Positions 53,304 to 64,000 of a stretch of 64,000 nucleotides of DNA are shown piece after piece (within the stretch, counting starts at the first letter, position 1; every line of letters begins with the position of its first letter). The notes under the pieces were generated by a model. That model made no database searches, was not told the DNA's origin, and was given only the letters and a program-made list of their open reading frames with translations. The position numbers and the translations under genes were made by a program. Source of the stretch: Dirinaria sp. TL-2023a (taxonomy: Eukaryota); the NCBI GenBank assembly GCA_051941275.1, contig JAVEBF010000007.1, forward strand, positions 1 through 64,000, written 5' to 3'.

Positions 53304-55103
53304 ATGGCGCCCGTACTGATGCTCCCCCAGCCTCCTCCAACAGGGTATCCTATTCCCAAAACACACCATGCTATCTCGGTACAAATGACAACATGGCTGG
53401 ACATGCAAGGATTGATGTTGGGTGACCCTCGCGTCAAGAAGGTCCAGCAGATTGGCTACCCTCGCTCATTCCTCCACCAGGATGTTGTAAAAGTATACCC
53501 CCCACAGACTCAACATCGCGACTGCTAATGATCACTTGCTAGCTTCACAATTCATGTCTCCTACTGCGCGGAAAGCCGAATGAATCGTGTCATTTGTATC
53601 CATCAAAAAGACATGCCGCCAGCTCCAAAGCCTTTATCCTCGAAACAGCCACCGATGTCGAAGACAGTGTCGAGGTTTGCGCCATTAACTTCCCAGCGGA
53701 TGCAGAGTCAGCCATTACTGGCCTCTTTCAAGGTTCTATCATCCGACTCTACGCGGTTTTCTTCCCCAAGCAGATGATGAACATCGCCATGTCATTCTGG
53801 CGCCTCACAGGAACCGGCATCTCCTCCAGGCTTGCCGAGAGTCTCCATGAACACATGGAATATCAGCGCCAAGTCGCGTCAAGCTCTGATCTTGATCAAG
53901 ATTTTATTCTCTCGGACGCTGCTGTTTCCAATACTATCTGCGAGCGTATTACCTATCTTCTTAAGCGCGCCTCTCTACAGCCAGCCGTCAGCGAGAAGTT
54001 ATCACCATCTGACGTTTTCCTTTATCCCACTGGCATGTCAGCTATTTATCATTGCAATTTCCTCCTCCAAAGCTGGAAGCCTGCTGAAAGTATCGTATTC
54101 GGCTTTCCTTACGAGCTCACACTGAAACTGCTACAAACGTACGGGATATCCTGCCGGTTCTATGGCCTTGGGACTCCAGGGGAGTTGGATGAAATGGAAA
54201 CATATCTTCAATTGGAGGCTAGTCGTGGAAGGCGAGTGCAATCGGTCTGGTGCGAATGTGCTTCCAATCCCCTTCTTCGCAGTGTTGACCTCAAACGTAT
54301 ACGGTCGCTGGCCGATAAATATGGGTTCCAGGTGGTTGTTGATGATACGATTGGCAGCTTTGCGAACGTGGATCTGTTGGGAACTGCTGATATAATCATC
54401 ACATCTTTGACGAAAAGCTTCAGTGGCTGCGCCGACGTAATGGCCGGCAGGTAATCTCTCATCCCAGAACCTGTTTGCTCAAACGATAACTTTTTCCAGC
54501 ATCGTCTTGAACCCGGCATCGCCTTTCTACACTACGATGAAAAGAACGCTTTCTCTAACCTACCGCAATGAGCTCTACGCTGCCGACGCTGTAAAGCTTG
54601 AAAGCAATAGCAGAAAGTTCCTTCAGCGGGCTTCAAAAATGAACCAAAACGCTTCTTACTTGGTTTCCCTGCTCCAAAAACAGGCTCTAAGCCCGTCAAG
54701 TGTCCTGAAGCATGTCTACTATCCTTTGACATGCTGGTCATTGCCAAACTATCGTGAGATGATGAGGCCGGTCAGTCCCGAGTTCACTCCAGGGTATGGA
54801 GGGCTGTTTACGCTTGAGTTTGAAAGTGAAAAATCAGCCTCAACGTTCTTCAACGCGCTAGACTTACACAAGGGTCCATCGCTGGGAGCCAATATCACGT
54901 TGGCTCAGCCGTACGTGCAGACCGTATTCGCAAGAGATAAAGCATGGGCCGCAAGTTACGGCTTAGATGAGACGATTATTAGGATATCTGCTGGCTTGGA
55001 GGATGAGAAGGTTCTAGGAAAAGCATTTCAGAAAGCCTTACGACTCGCGGACTGTACCAAGATTGGTGCCTTGAGACACGGGAATTACGATGGCTGTATT
55101 TAA
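53304..55103 (+). CDS. Cystathionine gamma-synthase-like PLP enzyme (Cys/Met metabolism family)
   Basis: HAISVQM; GYPRSFLH; FWRLTGTGISSRLA; YPTGMSAI; ECASNPLL; VVDDTIG; TSLTKSFSG (PLP Lys); KGPSLGAN; IRISAGLE. Confidence 0.92.
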
Positions 55104-55387
55104 TTAACCCTCGAGGGAAAAACCTGACGTGCCTGAAAAGGCACACTTGAGCATATCGCACTCATAGAAGAGATCTACACCTACGACCCTGCCTAGAGAG
55201 TTGCCAGGATTCAAAGGATTGAAGACGAAGAGTAAAGCCGAGGGAAGACTGCGTAAACGCCGAGCAAGCGTGTAAACCCCACGTTCGGAATTTGCCCTAC
55301 TTTTGTAGCTTTCATGAGATCATTATTGAATGGTAGACTGATTTAGTCGGTCTTGGCTTCGGTACTCTAAGCGAACCATTTGTAATT

Positions 55388-55406
55388 TTTATCAGATCAT
55401 CTAATC
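55388..55406. promoter_or_regulatory. SreA-type GATA box upstream of ferric reductase
   Basis: TTTATCAGATCATCT is identical over 15 nt to 32808-32822, with an imperfect second half. Confidence 0.7.
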
Positions 55407-55866
55407 ACAAATTGTGATAGCCGACGGCACTCTTGCGGAGATTGCTGCAACTGACCGAACTTGTCAAGCCGTTGCATGTTCCCTTAGCGTTTAAGAAAGC
55501 CATACGAATGATAGTATTGACGCTCACCCGAAGAGCAAATTCTTCGAATGCATGGTATATGGAGTTGGAAACGTGCTGCATGTAGGTATAACTTCTCTAT
55601 TGTCCAGATAAAAGAGCGCTTTAATATATACCTTGATCTTAGCAGACAGCAGAATCCTCTGCAGATTACCAATTGCGCTCGAAGGTAGCTAGGACGATGG
55701 AGATTTGGCCACGCCAATGAAACGATGCCGGCAAGTTGCTCGATGATCCCTGCAGTTGCTTTACCGTGCCCGTGCTCCATGCAGCTTATATTGCCCGACC
55801 GATCCTAAGTTTTGCATCCCATCTCCAGGACTTTGTACATCTATTATCCAGGCAGACTCTTCCATT

Positions 55867-58314
55867 ATGAAATTCTTCGTCGGCCTAGCCCTAACGCTTT
55901 GTGTGCCGCTCGTTTCAACAGAGTCCAGGAGTGATCCTTCGCCGAATCAGTATTGCTTTGCGGCGTGTCAAACTACCTTTAGTGGACAGAATTTCAGCGG
56001 CTCTCCATCGACCGCTGACGGAGATACTGCTGGAAACTGTGCAAATGCTCTCTTTGTGCGGTCAACTTTTCTCTGCGCCAAAGCCTACTGTCCGGATGAC
56101 CAAGCTCGCGCGGGGTACGCCTACGCGAACGAACAATGCGAGTCGAGTGGATACAGTCTTCCTAGTCTATCCATTGTGGACAATGTGACCATGGAAAATA
56201 TCCAAACCATGCAAACTCTTCAATATGGAGACATTCCACCTGTGATCAATAGTACAATCATTCCATCTGCAGACCTCTTCCAACTTGGATTACGTACTAT
56301 GGTAATCATTTCTTTTTCCGTGACTTACATCTCTGACTTAGCTTCAGGTGTGGTGGTACGGAGGCTTTGCAAATCATCTTTGGTATTCGTATGTAAGCCT
56401 TGCCATAACACGGATGAAAGCTGAAGTGGATTAGAAAGGCGATATTCATCTTCTGGGGTATCATTATCGGGCTCGGTACCGGAGGCAACCTCCTTTCTAT
56501 CCTCAAAAGTAGGATACAGGCTCCAAACAACAAAGATCTTGAACGCCGAGCAATTTCTCAATCGGTGCCACCAGCTAGGCGCTTGTGGGACCAAATTCGT
56601 GCCCATTTCCTTCTACCAGCCTTGTACGGGAAGCGCTGTAACGAAGTAAAATGGCAGGCGACTGTCCCACCTCGATCGGAATCCGTGGTCATCATCATGC
56701 ACATTATTTTGAATGTAATCTTATGTGCCGTGTCATACTCCGCATTCTCTGGCAACCTTTACTGGGACAGCAGATCAATTCAGATCTGGCGCTTGTTCTC
56801 AGATCGTACTGGGTACATGGCGTACGCCAATTTTACTGTCTTCTTCGCGTTTGCTATCCGAAACAATATTCTGATATGGCTGACTGGATGGGAATTCCCG
56901 ACTTTCAATCGGTTTCATCGCTGGGTTGCTCGCGTGGCTACTTTAGAGGCTCTGCTGCACTCGATTGGATACACTGTTTATGACCTCCTAGATAGTTTGG
57001 AGGCGTACCAGGCGGATTTTGCAAGCCGATACTGGTGAGTAGCAGAAATCTCGACCGATGAGTGGAACAAAACCCCGATTGATGAATTTGAGTTAATGAG
57101 TTTTAGGTGGACGGGCGTTATCGCCACAATTTGTATGTGTCTAGTGCTCGCGTTCTCGATTAAATGGCTGCGAGCCAGATCTTACGACGTCTTCTTGCTA
57201 TTACACATCGCACTATCACTTACAACGCTCGTTTGCCTCTTTTACCACACCAAGATCTTCTATGGAAAGTATGACGGCTTTTTGTGGCCTTGCGTCGCCT
57301 TTTGGGGCTTCGACAGGCTTTGCCGTCTGGCACGTATCCTATATTTCACTCGCGGAGCCGATGTGGTGAGAACCATGGTGGATTTTGACGATGGAAGTGG
57401 AATAGTCCGCATTGATGCAACCAACACATTCCTACCGAGGAAAACCCCAGGAGGCGTTCATTTCTTTTTGTAAGGCCTGGCATCTTATGTGGATCACTTT
57501 CGCTGATACAAGGATAGATATTCCCCCTTCGCGCTGCTGGGATGGCAGAGTCACCCATTCACACTAGTGCGCTGGCTCGAGTCAGGCCAGTCTAGCACAG
57601 GTTCGGCGTCCCCAGCTTTGAGTACAAGTTTAGAGGAAAAGGGGCCGAGCGTGGAGAGTCCAGCTCAAGCACAACACACATCAATGCCGGAAGGCTCGCC
57701 AAGATATAGCTTCCTGGTGCGCCCGATGAACGGATACACTGCTCGGCTTCGTCGCAAGGTGATCGCAAACTCGGGGCCCGCGTCAATGAAGCTTCTTTAC
57801 GAGGGGCCTTATGGAAAGGTCCCCAGGGTTGATCGCTTCGCCAACATCTCTCTGCTGATCGGTGGCAGCGGAATATCTGTTGGTATTTCGTATATCTACA
57901 AAGCTCTCGCCGGAAACCCTGAAACTGTGGTAAACCTTGTGTGGACCTGTAGAAAGTCGCCACTGTATATGGATTCCATCATGAACAAGGAGCTCAGGTC
58001 TGCGCTCGACACAGGTCGGCTGACGGTTGATGCGTAAGCAAGGCATCCTTTTTGTTTGCACGGACTGACGAGGACGTAGATTCTTCACCGGTGGCCCTTG
58101 GAAAATTAAAGAAATACCATGCAGAACCGTCTCAGAAGGTCGACCCGACATAGCTACCGCGGTACACCACGCGATTACGCGACGGCGGGGATCATTGGCG
58201 GTGGTGGTTTGTGGACCAGCGTCGTTGATGGATGATGCGCGAGCTGCGTTTGTTTCTGAACTAAAGCATGGGGAGACTGATATCGAGCTTTTCTTGGAAT
58301 CGTTCAACTGGTGA
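55867..58314 (+). CDS. Ferric/cupric-chelate reductase (FRE family)
   Basis: Signal peptide and Cys-rich N-terminus; RNNILIWLTGW...FHRWVAR...H; FLLLHI...FYH heme His residues; ESHPFT (FAD); EGPYG; GGSGIS; VCGP; ESFNW*. Confidence 0.92.
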
Positions 58315-58879
58315 GAAGTTGCTCGAAACGGTCACCCTCGGATTACCGACTGGCAGATCAAGTTCGCAAGTCTTTCCTTGGGTGATCATGAGTGGATTCA
58401 CATATTCTGAGCTGAGCGTTGCCTTGCAATGGCTTGACAAGTATTCCGTATCATGATTTCCTTTTGGAACGTTATGCAGAAAATTACTTTTTGGATGATG
58501 ATGCATCGTCTAGAAAGATTCTCGCAGATAAACACCGTGGAATCGGGGGCCGAGGTGTCACATTGATCTTTCACTCGTTCTGTTATTAGAGTGCCATAGC
58601 AGCATTAGGGATCCAAGGATCCAGTTCTGCGAGACTATCTTTCATACCATCATAAGGTTTCTTGTTTTGCCATGTCATACAACTTGACATATCACATAGC
58701 TTTTGATACTGATTGAACCTTATTCAGTTTTCACTTTTTAGTATTTGGTTCAGTCTTGACCTCTTGCTTCTCGCAACACGTTTCCGTCTATCAATATATT
58801 AGAAATTATTGAACTGGGTGACCTTATGGAGGTCGCATAACGTTCTATTCTTCATACTTCTATGTGTGTAAGTTGGTTA

Positions 58880-58971
58880 TTTACATGGCAACCTTTATGT
58901 GCGGAGGTCTATACCCCGATTGGGCCTAGTGCCCTCTCTGCCGGGTATGCCCTATGCCGCTCACTTTCTAA
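58880..58971. repeat. Dispersed ~90-bp repeat, copy 2
   Basis: Same orientation as 12894-12979; differs mostly by transitions and small indels. Confidence 0.85.
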
Positions 58972-59574
58972 TAGAAATAACATTGACTATTAAAATCTGT
59001 CTAGAGGCATTCTAGGTGCCCGCATAGACATTAGGTATTTCCCTAATTGATTGCCACAAAGGCGAAAATTATGAAAGACATCAAAGAAAAATATCTAGCA
59101 CCCATGATACAACATAGTAAACATCATGTGTTGGTTAACCCTGGGCCTCTCGGGCAATCCTCGTTTCAGCCCTATTATAAGGCTAATATCCAACACTGGC
59201 TCTCATATTCTCTTCTGACGTCTTGGATCTTTAACGACTTGTCTATTTGACAGTGGTACTATGGTGGCGAACCAGTCCATAGTTTTTTCGTCAAATCGTC
59301 TTTGCTTGAAACCCGCATTCTGTCAGGACGGAACAACGACTGACTATACTTGATTTCGAGGTATCAAAAGGGTGGAATGTACTAGATGAAAATGAGAAGT
59401 TGGGAGATATTGGAAATTGACATTTTCGATGAAGTCGAGGGGAGAAATATCAGTAGATTCTGGCACCTTAACTACAAATATCCATGCGAAATCCCAACTG
59501 TAGAGCGATGATCTGGTGGCAGTGGAATTTTGCAACAAATTTCTTCTCCTCGCCATCGCTCGGCCCAACAGCCA

Positions 59575-60200
59575 TCAGCCGCGAGTCTCGCTAACATTAT
59601 GTTTTCCCGCATTCAGACCAAAGCCCAACATGTGCGCCTTCTTCTGACTAAGCTCAGTCATATTCGCATAGAGCTGCCCATTGTGAGATTCTCTTGCTAG
59701 CTGATACTCCGTTCCATTGATGACGTGGAAGTGCTTGTCGAACACGACTGTTCCACCGCCGGGCGGGCTCCGCTTGCTGTTCCGGAAGGGATACCACTTA
59801 CTCCCCGCAAAGCCTACGGTGCCGTCCTGATTGTGGCATCCTGTTGCCAACTGACCGAGAGGGTTCCTACACTCGAAGCCGACCGGGCCAGTAAACGGCT
59901 GAACCTGGACGCCCACGCCAGGCCACGCTTGGGTAGACTCGTACTCGGTGCCCGGCACACCTGCGCAGCAGGTATCGAGGTTGATGTTGGTGCATTTGAC
60001 GCCATTGCTAGGGTCAATAGTGCCCTCAACGGGATCAAAGGGTTGGCAACCCGTGTTGACATAGAGGTAGAGATCGTTCTGAGCTTTGACTAGGAGACCG
60101 CCGAAGAGTGTGAATACTGCAAGTCAGAATACCGTTAGTATGTGGTGGTCATAGAAATGGCCACAGTAGAAGGTTACTACGAACCGAGTCCAGTCTTCAT
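59575..60200 (-). CDS. Small secreted Cys-containing protein (effector-like)
   Basis: MKTGL|VFTLFGGLLVKA signal across an intron; six Cys in the N-terminal half (C..C..CC..C..C); SKR dibasic site before the C-terminal half. Confidence 0.7.
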
Positions 60201-61649
60201 GGTGGAGAGATAAAACCGTCTAAGTATCGTGGATTGAAGTGGTTGAAATGAAGAGATGTTGGGATTTTGATTGTGAGTTGTGAGTAGGATGTCTGGAAAA
60301 TGGGTTATGTGCGATGCAGGGCTTGAGTTGGAGTTCTGGGGGTTCGGCTGCTCATTATATAGATTTTTCTTGCCATAGCTGTCGAAGTAATCGTTTTCCA
60401 AGTTATGATATCAACTCTCCAACATACTTCCACACGTCGATCTCGGAAGATCAGCTGTGCTGAGTCTTCTGACGTATATTTTGGGCAGACGTATATTGTT
60501 GGGTATCCAGGAAGTTACCAATAGTGGTACGAAACACGAAGGCCATGATATCAATATCCAGAGTGGAGGCTGATGGGAATTCGAACAGTGATGGTGAAAC
60601 ACCGCGTGATGATCATGTTGGCTGTGCCATAGATCGTACAGCCTTAGATGCTCGAAGAACAAGTTTTCAGCGTGCTGTTCTCGATAATTTAGAAGTCCCG
60701 CAGAAGGCTGAGCAGGCCTTGACAGCGATCATGTGCCAAAGAGGTAAGAAACGCTTTTTCCACTCGATAACTGAAAATTGGACTGCTGTAGTTGATCTAC
60801 GTAGCATCATCCTTAAATCTGCGAGAAATTTATGTGCACCTACTGATGACAGAGGAACAGGTAAAAGTAGCGCTCGGGCCGAGCGCTAAGTTCGTGAATT
60901 TTCCCGAAAATGTTGGCCTTGATCGATCTAGTGTTTCGAACCTTCTACTTAGACGCGCGAGAGCGAAACGGGGCTCAACTAAGTCGTCGATCTACGTTGA
61001 TTTCCAAGGTTTACTGTTTAAGCTTTGTACATCCACAGGCTGTGCTGAGACTACGTCTTCGCGATTTTTCCCTTCTCTGATAATAACCTGCTCGATCGGT
61101 TCATATAGCTTCGCGCATTCGCAGACACAGCCCTTCTTGTCGTCGGGCCTTCGAGAATGACGCCGCTGGTTTTCGAAAACCATACCATTAAGTATGGCTA
61201 GAGAGTGTGAATCCCTGTTAGCGATTCCAGATTTGTCCTTGGTCGTGGAGTCTTAAATAGCATGGTGGAATCTGTGAGGTAACGGGCATGCCTGGTAAGG
61301 CTTCTGAACTTTCGACTCGGCAGTAACAAGACGGCTTTCGTTGGCTGAAGCGCCATGCAAGACATCACCATTCCAACATTCTGCCCTGATTAGTATGACT
61401 GATGGCTGTGTCGGTTTAATCCATGACGTAGTTTAGGGATAGCTATTCTCCCATCGTCATCAGCACTCAGCTTGAATATAAGAAGGGGCCGTCGTCCGCG
61501 ATTTCAACGTTGGGATCACAAGCAGCAATTTCCATTACCAGCAGCAACTTCCATTATCAGCGTCAAGCAACTCATTCAATCACGAACCGCAACACTCTAT
61601 AATCGCCATCTTCTTTGACTCTGCGAACCGACCTTCGATATCGTTCAGA

Positions 61650-61952
61650 ATGCATTCATCCACCATCTTAACCTTCCTCTCTGCCGTCGCACTTCTCTCC
61701 ACTGGCGCAATGGCAACAGTCAAGGAGAATAGCAAATGCCAATCCCAAGAGAATGGCGTTCGAACTTGCTCCGACAACCTTTACGATATTGTAAGCCCGT
61801 TCAAAAACTGCCTTCCGTTGACAACGCATCAGCAAAGCCACCTACTGACACCCATGCAGGTCGAATGCGACGGAAATAACTGGGCTTACCAATGCCACTG
61901 TGGCCAGCCGAGCTGTATCAACGGTGCATGTTCGGACTGCAACGGAAATTAA
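61650..61952 (+). CDS. Small secreted cysteine-rich protein (77 aa after splicing, 8 Cys)
   Basis: Signal MHSSTILTFLSAVALLSTGAMA; in-frame intron 61791-61859 (GTAAGC...CTGAC...CAG); mature part C-x9-C-x9-C-x8-CxC-x4-C-x4-CxxC. Confidence 0.8.
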   Translation: MHSSTILTFLSAVALLSTGAMATVKENSKCQSQENGVRTCSDNLYDIVSPFKNCLPLTTHQQSHLLTPMQVECDGNNWAYQCHCGQPSCINGACSDCNGN

Positions 61953-63064
61953 GTCGGCGAGATCTCGGATCAAGGGCGGGCCAGAGGGAAATGTGACTTG
62001 ATGAAAGAGGCTTGTGGCGCGAGGTGGAGAAAACTGTATCTTGTAATTACCTCGGTCCCTCTTTTGAATATCTATCCTCGTTCCATCTTGTAGACTGTCA
62101 ATGTTCTACGTTGAATCGGCATTCCCTTACTTATTTCCCTGGCGAGCGCGCAGTCTTCTCTAGGGACCTTGGATGTGGGAAGACATAAACTGGCAGACGC
62201 AATTAATGACAATATCGAAGCACAACACACCCCCACGCAGTGACACTTTCTTTCCAGCAAAAATAAAGCGAGCGGAGATGACGTTCTTGGACACTATTTA
62301 TAGATCTGGCTAGTGTTTTGGCCAATCATAATACTACTTCATCTTTGAACGTCGGTCGTTACTACTTTCGGTTAGTTTCGCGAAATTACGTTTGATCGCA
62401 ACAGGGAAAATTCTCGCTGAACTCTGGACAAACGAACAATAAAACACAGCAATGCATCTTTCTGTCGTCATAAACATACTTTGAACTTACAATCTCGACT
62501 AGTCGCAGTTTGGGCCAGGCTACTATTTCTTAAGCGCTGTTTCGACATTAAGAAGTTAAGGTAGTACCTGGATTCTTTAGTCAACTTAGGATTTTCGCAT
62601 GGTCGATGATGAATGGAGTGATAACAAGTCGCATGACGTCAAACTTCCCACTACAAGGAGAAGCGACTCGCGATTCCAGATTGATTTTGTTAGAGCCAGG
62701 GCACGCTGGCTTATTAAAGTTGACAGGTAAACTCTCAATCCCATGAGCTCATTTGAGGCCCCTGGACAAGGTTAGGATTGGGACATCCTCGGAAATTTGT
62801 TACAGAACGATGTGGCCAATACTTTGACAAGCATCAATATGGCTCTAACTTTAAGAGCCCTTTCAGAGGCATTTTGGAGCCATTATATCTAGCTGTTTGA
62901 TTTGTACCCGATAAATCCGCACATTTTCCTTTCCGCCAACTGTTGTTTGTTAGAGATCGAAGAGAAGTAATAACATCGTGCAGAAGAAAAGGTAAGCTTA
63001 GCGTCCATACCGCATCTAGTGTGTGTACAAAGCGAGCAATCATTGCAGAGATTGTAATCATGCC

Positions 63065-63997
63065 TCACAATAAAAGCACCGTCGGAATCAGCATTGCCAA
63101 GCCTAGAGCGCTTCCTGTCACGACGGTCGCTACTCCTGACGGGGCACCACCCGTAAAAGGCGATGGCGATGGGCTACTTGGCGCTGTAGTGTTTCCAGAC
63201 GCATTCAGCGGATTAGTATGGTTCTCGAAGATGCCTCCAACGGGTTGACAAAGTTTCTGCGCCAAAGCGGATTCCCCTATGATTAACAGATCAGCTTTCC
63301 AGATCACAAACGGACGTAGAGCTAAAGACATCTCACTGATTAGGTCGTCTAGGCTGCAAGTAGCATGCTCGCATGTATCGATTGCCGTCACTGCAGGGTT
63401 GCCAAGACAGATGCATGCTCTGCTTGAGAGGGTGCCGCAACCGCCGAAGCCGTACTGTTGCTGACATTGTTGCTGCAGACAAATAAGAGTCCTGACTTAT
63501 GGATACGGGATTGCACAACTCACCGCGCATCGGGGATAATTAGAGACCTCCGTCGGGTCTCTGCCAGCAGTGGCATCAATCGCAAGCGGCGTCGCCGACG
63601 CTATCGCGGCCGAGACCGCCGAGCTGAGAGTCGCATTGCTACTGTACAAAGGACCGCAGGCTTCTTGAGACAGTGCGTTCGTCTCTGGGCGACTTTCGTC
63701 AGAACCATCTTCTGCATTGAATAAGCATTTACATACTTTGTCTGTCTTGCGTGTTGCAGAGTACAGCTTGACACGCCGATGTCGAGGCTCGGAACGATGA
63801 AGAGCATAGTTGGTTTAGGTCGCTCGCATTTGATAATCCAATTTGCAGCTGATATTGACAGGATTGCTGGATTCGTCAACAAAGTATTTAATATAGTGTA
63901 TTCTGGAACTTACGGCGCAGATGGGAAAATCAGTAAGACTCTGCGCGGATGAAGTCGCGATCAGGCTTATTGCCACGATTGCTGAGCGAAGTCCCAT
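63065..63997 (-). CDS. GPI-anchored protein with two CFEM-like domains
   Basis: Signal peptide; LTDFPICA|QSC... and NYPRCA|QQC...GCGTLSSRACIC...CEHATC...LC; Ser/Pro-rich stalk; hydrophobic C-terminus. Confidence 0.75.
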
Positions 63998-64000
63998 ACT

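Noticed and set aside
60524..61160. Overlapping ORFs that may be a frameshifted gene remnant
   Set aside because: No recognisable domain or consistent splice model
1..64000. tRNA, rRNA, CRISPR arrays, telomeric repeats or RiPP precursor repeats
   Set aside because: None recognised by eye; no repeated KR-flanked core peptides or DUF3328 genes seen

Overview
Intron-containing filamentous ascomycete DNA (GT-AG introns with CTRAC-type branch sites) holding two secondary-metabolite-like gene clusters, separated by a mixed region with an amino-acid permease, a PTH11-like receptor and the housekeeping helicase DBP3. Left (about 1.3-19.6 kb): a highly reducing PKS (KS-AT-DH-cMT-ER-KR-ACP) with a stand-alone CYP505-like P450, a LovG/FSH1-type esterase, an HxxxD acyltransferase and a decayed Tri3-like acetyltransferase. 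Centre-right (about 32.8-58.3 kb): a 12-gene cluster with no NRPS, PKS, terpene synthase or NIS synthetase. It encodes a Zn2Cys6 TF, SLC35F6-like transporter, TauD dioxygenase, HpcH/HpaI aldolase, GST, divergent aminotransferase, beta-lactamase-fold enzyme with Thr in place of the nucleophilic Ser, ATP-grasp ligase, POT transporter, flavin/heme split-barrel protein, cystathionine-gamma-synthase-like PLP enzyme and a ferric reductase. Seven ATCWGATAA (SreA-type) boxes lie in three of its promoters. I infer an iron-regulated, ATP-grasp/PLP-built small-molecule pathway, possibly a new kind of fungal metallophore. The right end has small secreted Cys-rich proteins and a tandem-CFEM GPI protein. 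Exon boundaries were read by eye; no database searches were run.
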